Assembly: GCA_963819655.1 (NCBI GenBank) | Contig: CAWFXA010000002.1 | Span: 192,001 to 256,000, forward strand | DNA from: an uncultured Chloroflexia bacterium | Lineage (GTDB): Bacteria; Chloroflexota; Limnocylindria; Limnocylindrales; CSP1-4 | Direction of reading: 5' to 3' | Length of the DNA: 64,000 bases | In this document: in pieces, positions 45,646-57,297 of the stretch | Position numbering within the stretch: position 1 is the first letter of the stretch | Layout of the letters: every line of letters begins with the position of its first letter | The notes under the pieces: generated by a model | Told to the model about the DNA's origin: nothing | The model's database searches: none | The model's input: only the letters and a program-made list of their open reading frames with translations | Translations under genes and position numbers: made by a program

Positions 45646-46101
45646 TCAGTCCGCGGACGTCGGTCGGTCGCGGCGGCTGAACTCGGCGAGCCGCTCGGTA
45701 CAGTCGACCGCGGCGCGTTGCGCCTGCCGCACGATCCACGGGTCGACGCGGCTCGAGTCCTCGACCGTCAGGGTCGGTCCTGTCGGGCCGTCGGCGACGA
45801 CGATGCCCGAGCTGTTGCGGTAGTCCGCCATCCAGTTGGCCTGCAGCTGGAGCGCGACATCGGTCACGACCCGCAACGGGAACAGCCAGTCGAGGTACGA
45901 CGCATTCAGCCGATCGGCGACGTCGGCGAGACGGACCGGACGGCCGCGCTCGAGCCGAGCAACGAGATCGATGACCCGGATCGCGGTGAAGGGATCGCCC
46001 GACTCACCGACAGTCGGTGGCACGATGCCCGGGTCGGGCAGGCCGGCCGGAGCCGGCCGCAGTGGTCCGAGTCCGATGGTCGCTGTTGCGGCGTCGGTCA
46101 C
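45646..46101 (-). CDS. Hypothetical protein, possible winged helix
   Basis: GRPVRLADVADRLNA helix-turn-helix-like segment; GGAG RBS. Confidence 0.6.
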   Translation of the reverse strand: MTDAATATIGLGPLRPAPAGLPDPGIVPPTVGESGDPFTAIRVIDLVARLERGRPVRLADVADRLNASYLDWLFPLRVVTDVALQLQANWMADYRNSSGIVVADGPTGPTLTVEDSSRVDPWIVRQAQRAAVDCTERLAEFSRRDRPTSAD

Positions 46102-46291
46102 GTCGGGCCAATCTCCGAGTCATTCAGTAGGGATTAGCCCGAGTCTAGCGCATCGCGAACGAACCTTCACCATGCGCCGACCCTGTCCGCAACCGATCTG
46201 GGGCATCCTTGCGCCTGCCGGACAGGCGTCCGGCGCCGTTCGCGCGGCCTGCGCGGCCGAGCGTCCCAACCGAACGAGCACGATGCAACCG

Positions 46292-47671
46292 ATGGACACC
46301 GACCGGATCCCGACCCAGCCGACCCCGGATCAAGAGCCGCCCGACGCGACCTCCCTCACGTCGGGTCCCTCCCAGGCTCCGACGTCATCGGCGGCTGGTC
46401 GCGGTAGCCGGTGGGCGGCCATCGGGGCTGTCGTCGTCTTCGCGCTGGTCGTGACGTTCACTGCCGGGATCGGGGTCGGTCGCCTGGTATCGCCATTTGG
46501 CGCCCCCGGAGACACGGCCCCGAACCCTGCTGCCTCCCTGAAGCCCACCGAGTTCGGTCTCATCAAGGAGGCGTGGGACACCCTCCACCAGCAGTTCGTC
46601 GGTCGCGACACCCTCGACGATCGCGCGCTCATCTACGGGGCGATCGAAGGCCTGACCCAGGCCGTCGGCGACACCGGGCACACGGACTTCATGACGCCCG
46701 AAGAGCGCAAGGAGCGCAACGACTCGCTGTCCGGCTCGTACGTCGGCATCGGCGTGCGGATCGAACCTGACGACGCCGGTCTGCCGCGGGTCATCGGTGT
46801 CTTCGATGGCGGTCCGGCCGAGGCGGCCGGCATCGTACCGGGCGACGTCATCGTCGCGGTCGACGGGAGGTCGACCGAGGGTCAGTCGATCGACGTAGTC
46901 GCCGGCTGGGTCCGCGGCGAGGCCGGCACGAACGTCGAGCTGACGATCCGGCCGGACACCGGTGCCGCCGAGCGGACGATCTCGATGGTGCGCGCCGACG
47001 TCCCGATCCAGCCGGTCTCCTGGACGATGGTGCCGGGCACGACGACCGGCCTCATCCGCCTGGACCAGTTCTCGAACGGCGCGGCGGACGATGTCGTCGA
47101 GGCGCTGAAGGCGGCCAGGGCCGCGGGCGCGACCCGGATCGTCCTCGACCTGCGCGGCAACCCGGGCGGGTACGTCAACGAGGCTGTCGGCGTCGCCAGC
47201 CAGTTCCTGTCGAAGGGCCTCGTCTACATCGAGCGCAACGCGTCCGACGAACGGACCGAGCACCCGGTCTCGCCGGATGGCGTGGCGACCGACCTGCCGC
47301 TCGTGGTCGTGGTCGATGGCAATACCGCGAGCTCGGCGGAGATCGTGTCCGGCGCGCTCCAGGACGCGGCGCGGGCCAAGATCGTCGGCGAGACGACGTT
47401 CGGCACCGGGACCGTACTGGGCGAGTTCGACCTGTCCGACGGGTCGGCGCTCCGTGTCGGGACCGTCGAGTGGCTGACCCCGAGCGGCCGGCGGATCTGG
47501 CACGAGGGCATCGCCCCGGATGTGCCGATCGCCCTCCCCGACGGCGTCGTGCCGCTCAGCCCGGATGACGTCGCGAAGCTGACGGCGGCGACCGTCGGGT
47601 CGATCGACGACACGCAGCTCGCGAAGGCCCTCGAGGTGGTCGCCACGGAGCAGGTCGCCACGACTCCCTGA
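46292..47671 (+). CDS. S41 carboxy-terminal processing protease (CtpA-like)
   Basis: TM anchor, GIGV PDZ, LDLRGNPGG, TASSAEI, GETTFGTG. Confidence 0.9.
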   Translation: MDTDRIPTQPTPDQEPPDATSLTSGPSQAPTSSAAGRGSRWAAIGAVVVFALVVTFTAGIGVGRLVSPFGAPGDTAPNPAASLKPTEFGLIKEAWDTLHQQFVGRDTLDDRALIYGAIEGLTQAVGDTGHTDFMTPEERKERNDSLSGSYVGIGVRIEPDDAGLPRVIGVFDGGPAEAAGIVPGDVIVAVDGRSTEGQSIDVVAGWVRGEAGTNVELTIRPDTGAAERTISMVRADVPIQPVSWTMVPGTTTGLIRLDQFSNGAADDVVEALKAARAAGATRIVLDLRGNPGGYVNEAVGVASQFLSKGLVYIERNASDERTEHPVSPDGVATDLPLVVVVDGNTASSAEIVSGALQDAARAKIVGETTFGTGTVLGEFDLSDGSALRVGTVEWLTPSGRRIWHEGIAPDVPIALPDGVVPLSPDDVAKLTAATVGSIDDTQLAKALEVVATEQVATTP

Positions 47672-47806
47672 CCCTGTCGGGCCTTCGCCAGTCCAGTCAG
47701 TCGGCGTTGCTCGTCAGTACCATCGTCTCAGTAGGCGTGCGTGGAACCTCTTCCTATAGTGGCGCAGCCCTCGACTGGGGGTGAGTACTCATCAGGAGGT
47801 GCCTAG

Positions 47807-47977
47807 ATGGCGCCCTTCAACTCGCTCCTCGCCGCGCTTCGTCGTGACGAGGAAGGCCAGGGCCTCGCGGAGTACGCGTTGATCCTCGCCCTCATCGCGA
47901 TCATCGCGATCATCGCGCTGATCTTCCTGGGCAGCCAGGTCAGCTCGATCCTGAGCACCGTCGGCAACTCGGTCTAG
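47807..47977 (+). CDS. flp: Flp/Fap type IVb pilin (56 aa, absent from the ORF track)
   Basis: MAPFNSLLAALRRDEEGQGLAEYALILALIAIIAIIALIFLGSQVSSILSTVGNSV; AGGAGG RBS; TATAGT at 47755. Confidence 0.92.
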   Translation: MAPFNSLLAALRRDEEGQGLAEYALILALIAIIAIIALIFLGSQVSSILSTVGNSV

Positions 47978-47999
47978 CACCGACTTCCGACAACAGACG

Positions 48000-48033
48000 G
48001 ACCGCCGGTCACGCGACCGGCGGTCTTCTTTTT
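48000..48033 (+). terminator. Intrinsic terminator of flp
   Basis: GACCGCCGGTC-ACGC-GACCGGCGGTC followed by a T-rich tract. Confidence 0.85.
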
Positions 48034-48054
48034 GCCCGGCGATGCATTGCAAGG

Positions 48055-49788
48055 CTACGTCGCGTCGACGACGTCCAGGATCCGCATCGCCAGCGTCAGG
48101 TCGAAGACGGCCGACGGATCGGCCAGGGAGCGGCCGATCAGCTGCTCGATCCGATTGATCCGGTACACGACGGTGTTGACGTGGATGAACATCCGTGCCG
48201 CCGTCCGGCGCTGGACGCGATCCTCCTCCAAGAGGACTCGCAACGTCCTGGTCAGCTCGGCGCCCTGGCGGCGGTCGTGCTCGATCAGCGGCTGCCAGCG
48301 TCGCGCGCGCGAACCCCTCGAGATCGTCGCGTGACGATGCACGCAGGAGCAGACCGTACGGCCCCAGCTCGCGGGCGCCGATGACGGTTCCGCGGCGGCC
48401 CAGCTTGATCATCACGTCGAGCGTTTGGCGCGCGGCCGCGAACGCCGGCGCATAGGCGTCCGGCCCGTCGCATGTCCCGCCGAGGGCGACCGTGACGGAG
48501 CCCGAACCGGCGACACCCTCAAGGACGTCCCTCAGCTCCGCGGCCAGCTCTTCGCCGCCGGCCTCGCCGCGAGACGGCTGTGTCGCCAGGACCACCAGCG
48601 ACCCGCCTGGGACACGGTCAGGCTGCGCGGCGCGCGCTGTGCCAGATGCTCGCGGACGAGTGCCAGGAGCTGCCGGCCGAGCTCGTCCGCACGCGCGCCC
48701 GTCGACGTCGGCATCGACGTCGATCACCATCAGGTCGTGCGGCTGGCCGAGGTCATGCCCGAGTCGTGCCGCGCGTGCGGCCATCGCCGCCTCGGTCGGA
48801 TAGCTGCCGGCCAGAAGGTCGGCGATGGCCTCGCCGCGCAGACGGTCTTCGACCTCGACGGTCGCACGGATCTTGGCGAACTCGAGCGCGACGCCGGTGG
48901 CGGCGACGTCCACGAGCGCCCGGTCGATCGGACCGAGATCGCCTCCGCCGAGAGGAGCAGGTGGCCGACGACCTCGCGGCCGACGCGGACAGCGACCGAG
49001 ATCGGCTCGGGATCACTCCGGCCTCGGCGCCTGCCCCGGGCTCCACGAGGCGCCGCCAGTCATCGCCACCATCCGGCGACGCTCCGGCGATGACCCGCCG
49101 GATGTGGTCCTGGATCACGACCCGGCGACCCAGGTCGGCGGCAAGGACCTCGGCGATCCCCGCCGGGCCGGCGTCGAGCAGCACCTGTTCGGCCAGTCGC
49201 TGTTGGACGGCGAGCGAGCGGCTGAGGTCCGCGTTCGTCTCCGCCAGCTCCTGGCCGAGATGGACCTCGTTCTCGAACCGCCGAGCGTGGTCGATCGCGA
49301 TCGCCGCATGGGCCGCGAACGCGGCAAGCAGGTCGGCATCGTCGGCGCCGAACCGGTGCCCGCCCCGAGTCGCATGGAGGTTCAAGGCGCCGATCGCGTC
49401 GCCGCGAAAGATCAGCGGCGCGCAGATGACCGACCCGAAGGCATAGCGGTCGAGCGCGCGCGCTCGATGCTCGTACGTCGCGTAGTCGTCGACCCAGATC
49501 GTGCGCTGCGCGAGGATCGCCTGTGTCGATATGCCCTCGCCGAAGGCCATCTCGAAGTCGAGAAGGTCCGACCGGCTGCTTCGACACCGCAGCCACCCGG
49601 AGGCGGTCTTGCTCGCGGTCCCACAGCAGCATGTCGCCGCTGTCCGCGCGCAGCAGGGTCCGGGCGTCGTCCACGATCGCCGCCAGGACGGTCTCGAGGT
49701 CGAGCGACTCGGTGACCCGCACGGCGGTCGCCAGGAGCCGGTCGATCTGGGCGCTCCGCCGTCGATCGCCGGCCTCGATGGCCGTCAT
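48055..49788 (-). CDS. GAF-domain PucR/CdaR-family regulator, multiply frameshifted
   Basis: Fragments: SLDLETVLAAIV and CAPLIFRGDAIGAL (GAF); VALEFAK..EDRLRGE; LIEHD..ELTRTL..TAARMFIHVNTVVYRINRIE (PucR HTH); start uncertain. Confidence 0.82.
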
Positions 49789-49872
49789 GGCTGCGATCTC
49801 ATGAGGCTCCGCATCATAGCGGCGGTCGCGGGCCTCATCGTGGTCTGACGACAACAGTAGAGGCCTCGAAAC

Positions 49873-49889
49873 TGTGTGGGATTCACATA
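49873..49889. promoter_or_regulatory. Possible PucR-family activator site
   Basis: Imperfect palindrome TGTGTG-GGATT-CACATA upstream of a TGG-TAGCGT -10 box in the divergent spacer. Confidence 0.35.
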
Positions 49890-49966
49890 CGACGGCGCCG
49901 GGCATGCTGGTAGCGTCGGAGACCCGCTGACCATGCCCGGTCGGCTTGCCTCGGACCGGAGGTCAG

Positions 49967-51192
49967 GTGACCAGTTCCCCGGACGTCCTCGTCATCGGCG
50001 GCGGGATCGTCGGCAGCGCGACCGCGTACCACCTCGCGCGTCGAGGTGCGTCGGTCACGCTGCTCGAGGCCAACGAGCTGGCCTATGGCGCCACGGGCCG
50101 GAACCTCGGATACATCTGGGTGCACACCCGCCGGGCCGGCCCGGAGCTCGAGCTCGTCATGCACCTCCGGCGCGAGCTGGACGGGCTTCCTGACGAGCTC
50201 GATGCCGACTTCGGTCTGCGCACGGACGGCGGCCTCCTCTATGTGCAGACCGAGGAGCAGCTGGCGACGCTCCGCGAGTTCGTCGAGCGGCGCCAGGCCG
50301 ACGGCGTCGACATCCGGCTGATCGACGGCGACGAGGCGCGCTCGCTCGCGCCGATCCTGCCCGACACCGTCATCGGCGCCTCGTTCTGCCCGCTCGATGC
50401 GCAGATGGAATCGAGCCGCTACGTCCGCGCGTTCGCGGCGGCGGCTGCAACGCGCCGGCGCGACGGTCGATGGAGGGCACGACGGTCCGCTCGTTCGAGC
50501 ACGACGCCGGCCGGATCACCGGCGTCGTGACCGACGATGGAGCGATCACGCCGGGCACGGTCGTGGTCGCCGCCGGGGCGTGGACGCCGTCGCTCCTCGA
50601 GGGTCTGGGCGTCGACATGCCGATCTTCCCGATGCGCCTCCAGATCGTGCAGACCGAGCCGATGGCACGCCGAGCTCGGACCGGTCCTGTACGGGCCGGC
50701 GCGCTGTGAAGCAGTACCCGATCTTCCGTGAGCTGCCGTCGTTCCGCCCGGACGCATGGGCGAACGACGCCGAGGCACGGCACGGCAAGGCGCTGCTCGA
50801 GGCCGTCTGCCAGCGCAACGACGGGTCGTACCTGCTCGGCTGCGCGATGGATTACCCGGGCTTCGTCTGGGAGCCCGACCTTGCCGGCGTCGCGCTCGTC
50901 ACCGAGAGCATGCCGGCCATCATGCCGGCCCTCCGGGGCGCGTCGTTCGCGCGGGCGTGGGCCGGCGTCCTGCCCTACACCGCCGACAACCTGCCGATCG
51001 TCGACGCGCTGCCCGGGCTTCGACGACGTGCTACGTCGCCGCGGGCCACGTCTTCGGCAACGGGGCGGGGCCGACGACCGGCCGGCTCGTCGCAGACCTC
51101 ATCTGCGGCGATGACGCCGATCATGGACATGACGCCCGTTCCGTGCCGACCGCGCGAGTCTCGCCGGATCCACCGCCGGGAGCGTCTGGTAA
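49967..51192 (+). CDS. FAD-dependent amine/amino-acid oxidoreductase (DAO family), frameshifted
   Basis: IGGGIVG, GATGRNLG, VVAAGAWT, WAGVLPYTADNLPIV, AAGHVFGNG spread across frames. Confidence 0.8.
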
Positions 51193-52026
51193 GTGGCGAC
51201 TGAGGCCGCGCAGCGGCGCATCGCCGCGCAGCGACGCATCGCGTTCATCAACCCGTTCGGGACCGCCGCGTTCGACGAGATCATCGAGGAGACGCTCGTC
51301 CCGTACGCGGGTGCCGGCACGTTCGGTGGACGTCATCCACCTCGACGGCGTGCCCGCCAACATCGACTACTACTACCCGAAGCACCTCATGGAGCTGGCG
51401 ATCTTCCGGGCGGTCCGCCGGCTCGAGGACGAGGGCTACGACGCGGTCGTCGTCGGCTGCTGCTACGACCCGGGCGTCAAGGTCGCGCGCGAGCTGGTCG
51501 ACATCCCGGTCGTCGGGCCGCTCGAGGCGGCGATGAACCACGCCTCGTACTTCGGCCATCGGTTCACGGTCGTCACCGACCATCGCAAGGCGGTGCCCTG
51601 GCTGGAGGACCTCGTCCGTCTCCACGGGACGGCCAACTGCCGCGGCGTCCGCGCCATCGACTGGTACGTCACCGACATGATCCGAGGACACGATCGGCCG
51701 TCGCCGACGATGCCGCCGCCGCGCTCGCTCAAGGCCCTCGACGAGGACGGCTCGGAGGTCATCATCCTCGGCTGCACGATCATCGCCGGCTGCCTCGAGC
51801 GCGAGATCATGACCACCGGACGCCACCGCGAGCTGCCGATCCTCAACCCGAACCTGCTCGCGCTCAAGGCGGCCGAGACGCTGGCCGACCTGCACCGCGC
51901 GGCAAGTACACGATCAGCCGCGCCGGGCAGTACCAGCGCCACGAACAGCACGACGCGGCCGAGGCGGCCGACGTCTGGCGTCGCTGGAAGCTTGTCGATA
52001 CCGACGATCCCGGGGCCGGCGGATGA
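51193..52026 (+). CDS. Asp/Glu/hydantoin racemase-family protein, frameshifted
   Basis: FINPFGT, VVGCCYDPG, IILGCT. Confidence 0.8.
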   Translation: MATEAAQRRIAAQRRIAFINPFGTAAFDEIIEETLVPYAGAGTFGGRHPPRRRARQHRLLLPEAPHGAGDLPGGPPARGRGLRRGRRRLLLRPGRQGRARAGRHPGRRAARGGDEPRLVLRPSVHGRHRPSQGGALAGGPRPSPRDGQLPRRPRHRLVRHRHDPRTRSAVADDAAAALAQGPRRGRLGGHHPRLHDHRRLPRARDHDHRTPPRAADPQPEPARAQGGRDAGRPAPRGKYTISRAGQYQRHEQHDAAEAADVWRRWKLVDTDDPGAGG

Positions 52027-53013
52027 CGGTCGAGACGCAGTCGGTCGCGACGACCGCGCGCCGGGTCGTCGCCGATTACCTCGGGGTCCGACCGGGCGAA
52101 CGGTTCGCGATCGTCGTCGACACCCGGACCGACCAGGAGATCGCGGGCGCCCTCGCCGCCGTCGCGCGCGAGCTCGGCGCGGAGCCGATCGTCGTGGAGT
52201 TCGATCGCGCCTCGAGCGCGAGCGGCGCCGAGCCGCCGGCCTCCGCGGCCGCCGCGATGGCGCACCGCCGACGTCGTCCTGTGCGCGGCCAGCACGTCCC
52301 TCTACCACACGACGGCCAAGGCGGCCGCGCAGCGAGCCGGGGCACGCGGCGACTTCAACGCGCCGTACCGCGCCGACGCCTGGCGGAACGGCGCGATGAC
52401 CGCGGACTTCGTCGCGATCCGCGAGCAGGCGGAGCGCGCTGGCCGCGCTTGTGGCGGACGGACCCGCGAGGTCCGCGTCACGTCCCCGGCCGGCACGGAC
52501 CTGCGGGCGACGGTGGAGGGACGTGAGCCGATGGCCTGGCTGACCGGCATCTGCCGGAACCCGGGCGAGGTGTCGGCGCTGCCCGGCGGCGAGGTCTCCC
52601 TGCCGCCGATCGAGGGCACGTCCGAAGGCATCGTGGTCTGGGAGCGCGTCGCGTCGGACCTCGGTGCGCTCGAGGAGCCGGTCCGCATCGAGGTCCGCGG
52701 CGGTCGCGCCGTGGCGATCGACGGCGGAGTCGCGGCCGACCGCCTGCGCGACATCGTCGCGACCATCCGCGACGCCGACAACATCGGCGAGATCGGTATC
52801 GGGCTCAACCCGGCGGCCCGGATCGCCGACGAGATCACCGAGGCGAAGAAGGCGCTCGGCACCGTCCATATCGCCCTCGGCGATTCGGCCAACGAGTACG
52901 GCGGGCTGGTCGAGTGCGAGGTCCACCTCGATGGCCTCGTGATGGCGCCGACGATCGAGTTCGACGGGCGGCCGGTCGTCGTCGATGGCCGGCACGTGTA
53001 CGACGAGCCGTGA
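52023..53013 (+). CDS. M29 aminopeptidase-like/NicX-like metalloenzyme, frameshifted
   Basis: TSPAGTDL, LPGGEV, IGEIGIGLNP, GTVHIALG, VHLDG. Confidence 0.78.
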
Positions 53014-54325
53014 TCGCCTATCCGGGCCCGAAGGCCAAGGCGATCATCGAGCGGATGCGCGCCGTCGAGGGCGCCGGCCCGCGGACCGGCGACGGCGATC
53101 CGCTCGTGGTCGACCATGCGTCGGGCTCCACGCTGGTCGACCCGGACGGGAACAGTTTCGTCGACCTCGCCGGCAGCTTCGCCGCGTCGACGATCGGTCA
53201 TTCGCATCCCGACGTCGTCGCGGCGGTCGCGGCGCAGATCGGCGTCGCGAGCCACGTGTCGTCGGCGGCCGTGAGCGAGCAGCGGGTCGCTTTCGAGGAG
53301 GACCTGGTCGCCATCGCGCCGCCCGGTCTGGATCGCGTCCTCCTCGGGATCAGCGGCGCGGATGCCAACGACACGGCCCTCAAGCTCGCGCGGACGATGA
53401 CCGGCCGGCGCGAGGTCCTGGCCTTCTCGGGCGGCTATTTCGGCCGTTCGGGGGGCGTCGTCGGCGTGAACGGCAAGGCCGCGTTCCGGACGAGCGTCGG
53501 CCGGGATGCCGAGGCACATTTCCTGCCGTACCCCGACGCGTATCGCTGGCCGACTGAGCTCGGCGGTCCGGCGCTGGCGTGCGAGGGTGCGCTGGCGCTC
53601 GTGCGGACCGCGATCGAGGACCCCGCATCGGGCATCGGGCCGCTGGCCGCGATCGTCGTCGAGCCGGTCCAGGGCAACGGCGGGATCGTCGTCCCGCCGG
53701 ACGGGTTCCTGCAGGGTCTTCGTGCGCTCTGCGACACACCACGGCATCCCGCTCGTGTTCGACGAGATCCAGTCCGGGTTCGGGCGGACCGGCCGACTGT
53801 GGGCGGCGGAGCACGCCGGCGTCGTGCCGGATCTGATGACCGTCGGCAAGGGCATCGGCGGCGGGCTGGCGCTGTCCGCCGTCGTCGGGCGGTCCGAGGT
53901 CGATGCAGCACTGGTCGCCCGGCACGCACACGTCGACGTTCCTCGGGAACGCCGTCAACCTGGCGGCCGGCCGGGCCGCGATCGCGGTGATGCGCCGCGA
54001 TCGGCTGTGGGAGCGGTCGGCGCGGCTCGGCGCGTCACTCCTCGATCGATCGGTCGTCGAGATCGGCGCGCATCCGCGCGTCGGCGACGTCCGCGGCCTC
54101 GGCCTGTTCATCGGCATCGAGCTCGTGCGCGATCGCGCGTCCCGCGAACCCGACCCAGAGGCGAGCGCCGCCGTCCGTCGGCGGTCATTCGAGCGTGGAG
54201 TGGTGCTGGCAGGTGCCGGCCGCTTCGAGAACGTCGTGAAGATCAGTCCGCCACTGACGATCGACGAGGACCAGGCAGTCGCGGCGATCCAGGTGGTGAT
54301 CGACGCGATCGAGGAGCTCAGATGA
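53010..54325 (+). CDS. Class III aminotransferase (GabT-like), frameshifted
   Basis: GHSHP, EPVQGNGG, FDEIQSGFGRTG, GKGIGGG, STFLGN, VRGLGL. Confidence 0.88.
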
Positions 54326-55813
54326 CCGAGACCGGGAGCCGGCGTGCGCGAGGTCCTCAACTACATCGACGGCGGCTGGGTGCCCAGCAGCGGCACGCCG
54401 TTCGAGAGCCGCGACCCGGCGACCGGCGAGCTCGTGGCGACGGCGACCGCATCCACCATCGACGACGTGTCCGCCGCGATCGACGCCGCCCGGCGCACCT
54501 TCGACGACGACCGGCTGGTCGACGACGGCCGGCAAGGAACGCTCGGCGATCCTCTACGAGCTCGCCCGCCTGCTGCGCGAGGAGGTCGCCACGGCTCGCC
54601 GAGCTCGTCGCGACGCGAGATGGGCAAGCCGATCCGCTACGTCCGCGAGCGCGAGATCGAGCCTGCCATCGACCGGATCCTGTTCTACGCCGGCGCCGCC
54701 CGACTCATCCGCGGCGAGGTCACGAGCAGTGCCCCGGGCCACCTCCTCAACTTCATCCTGAAGGAGCCGGTCGGCGTCTGCGGGCTCATCACGCCGTGGA
54801 ACGACCCGGTCGACCTGCCGCTGCGCAAGATCGGCGCGGCCATCGCGACGGGCTGCACGTTCGTGCTCAAGCCGGCCAGTGACGCGCCGGCGTCGTCGAT
54901 GGCGATCTTCGAGCTCCTCGACAGGATCGAGGGCCTGCCGCCGGGGGTGGCGAACGGCGTCGTCGGCCAGGGCGAGGTGATCGGCGAGGCCCTCGCAGCC
55001 GATCCGCGGGTCGACAAGATCAGCTTCACCGGCAGCAGCGAGGTCGGGCGACGGCTGATGGAGCTCGGCGCCCGGAACTTCAAGCGCGTCGCCATCGAGG
55101 GCGGCGGCAAGGCGCCGGTCATCGTCTTCCCGGATGCCAACCTCGAGAAGGCGATGGACGCCGTGGCGGTCGGGATCTTCCTGTACGCCGGCCAGTCGTG
55201 CACGGCGGGATCGCGGCTGCTGCTCCACCGCTCGATCCACGACTCGTTCCTCGACGGCCTGATCGCCCGGGCGAAGGCGCTTCGCGTCGGCTCGCCGCTC
55301 GACGAGGGGACCCAGCTCGGGCCGATGGTGTCGGAGCGCCAGCTCGAGCGCGTGCTCGGCTACGTCGAGCGCGGTCGGTCCGAGCAGGCCCGGCTGATCC
55401 TCGGCGGTGAGCGACTCGGCGGCGAATGGTCGAACGGCTTCTACATGGCCCCGACGATCTTCGATGATGTCCGTGCGGACATGTCGATCGCGCGCGAGGA
55501 GATCTTCGGGCCGGTCCTGTCGGTGCTGACCTTCGACGATGAGGCCGAGGCGCTCGCCGTCGCCAATGACAACCCGCTCGGCCTCGGCAGTGGGGTCTGG
55601 ACGACCGACCTCGACCGCGCGATCCGTCTCGCGCGGCGGCTGCGGGTCGGCGACGTCTGGGTGAACACCCACTACGTCCGTCTGGCGGAGAGCCCGTTCG
55701 GCGGCGTCAAGGGCAGCGGCATCGGTCGCGAGCTCGGCATGGAGGGCCTCGACGAGTACCTCGAATCCAAGCGCGTCTGCATCGACAGCAGCCCGACCTT
55801 CCACATCCGCTGA
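54322..55813 (+). CDS. Aldehyde dehydrogenase with N-terminal frameshifts
   Basis: ITPWN, FTGS, EGGGK, GQSCTAG, EEIFGPV, FGGVKGSGIGRE. Confidence 0.9.
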
Positions 55814-55814
55814 C

Positions 55815-57297
55815 ATGGCGGCGCGTCGCCTGCCTTTCCGTGCGGACCCGGCGCCGAACCCCCCACGGCGCCGGGTCCGCGTCACGTTCGACGGCAAGGC
55901 GTTCGAGGGATTCGACGGGGAGCCGCTCGCGGTCGCGCTGCTGGCCGCCGACCGACCGATCCTGTCGCGCAGCTTCCGCTTCCACCGACCGCGCGGGCTG
56001 ATGTGCAGCACCGGCCAGTGCGGCTGGTGCGAATGCGAGGTCGATGGCCGGCCGAGCGTGCGGTCGTGCCAGGTCCCCGTCCGTGACGGACTGGTGGCGC
56101 GCGGCGAGCACGCCTGGCCGTCCGTGGGGCGCGACCTGTTCGCGTGGCTGGACGTCGGCTCGCGCTGGGTGCCGCCGACCTTCTATCACCATCGATTCCT
56201 GCGACCGCGGGCGCTCCGCAAGCGGTACCTCGACGTGATCCGCGGGTTCGGCGGTCGGGGTCGGCTGGGGAACGGTCGCGCCAGCGAGGGGCGCACGCGG
56301 GTCGCTCGAGAGCTGGACGTGGACGTGCTCGTGGTCGGTGGCGGGCGGGCAGGCGTGGCCGCGGCCGAGGAGGCGGCAGGCGGCGGGGAGCACGTTGCGA
56401 TCGTCGAGGCCGTCGCGGGCCGGGCGCGACCCGCCCATCCGGACGTCCGCGTCCTCGACGGCGCGGCCGCCGTCGGCTGGTACGACGGCGTCGTGACGGC
56501 GATCGACGACGACACGCTCTGGTCGATCAGTGCGGGATCGGTCATCGCAGCGACCGGGTCATATGAGCGGGTGCCGTCCGTGCGCGGCGCTGATCGACCC
56601 GGTGTGATCGGCGCGCGGCTGGCGCTCGGGCTCATCGAGGAGCATCGGGTGCTGCCCGGCGAGCGGCCGGTACTCATCGGCGAGGCTAGAGATCTCGAGA
56701 AGGTCGGTGCCGCATTCGCCGCCGAAGGCTTTCGAGCCCTCGGGCCTTTCCCGACTGCCGCCCTTCGTCGGGTGCTCGGCCGGCGACGGGTGTCGGGCGC
56801 GATCATCGATCGGGACGGGCGGGATCGGCGTGCACGCCGCCGATGTCGTGGTGTTCGGCGATCGAACGCCCAACCTCGACCTCGTGCTGGCGGCCGGCGC
56901 CGCGGTCGAGCTGCGCGACGGCGTCCTGGCGCCGGTCCTCGACGAGGCCGGGCGGACGACCGTGCCGGGGCTGTCGGTGGTGGGCTCCGCTGCGGGGCGC
57001 ATCGCGCGCTCGACGCCCCCCGCTGTCGCAGCGCCGGCCGGTCGGACTCTGGTCTGCTTCTGCGAGGACGTCCACGCCGACGAGATCCATGAGCAGATCA
57101 CGACCGGCTACGGCGACTCGGAGCTGGTGAAGCGCCGGACCGGCGCGCTGACGGGTCCGTGCCAGGGCAAGTACTGCCTGCAGTCGTTCTGTAGCGCGAT
57201 GGCCGCCGGCGGCGCACCGCGGACTGGCCTCCCGACCGCACGTCCGCCGCTGCGGCCGACCCGGCTCGGCGACCTGGTCCCGAGCGACGACGCATGA
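55815..57297 (+). CDS. Flavo-Fe-S alpha subunit (SoxA N-terminus / dye-linked proline dehydrogenase alpha-like); frameshift near 56825
   Basis: SRSFRFHRPRG, CSTGQCGWC..RSC, VGGGRAG, IAATG, CFCEDV..KRRTG..GPCQGKYC, RPP. Confidence 0.82.

Noticed and set aside
51193-53013. Nicotinate (nicX/nicE) pathway
   Set aside because: The racemase is hydantoin-racemase type, and no nicotinate hydroxylase, monooxygenase, deformylase or amidase genes are present
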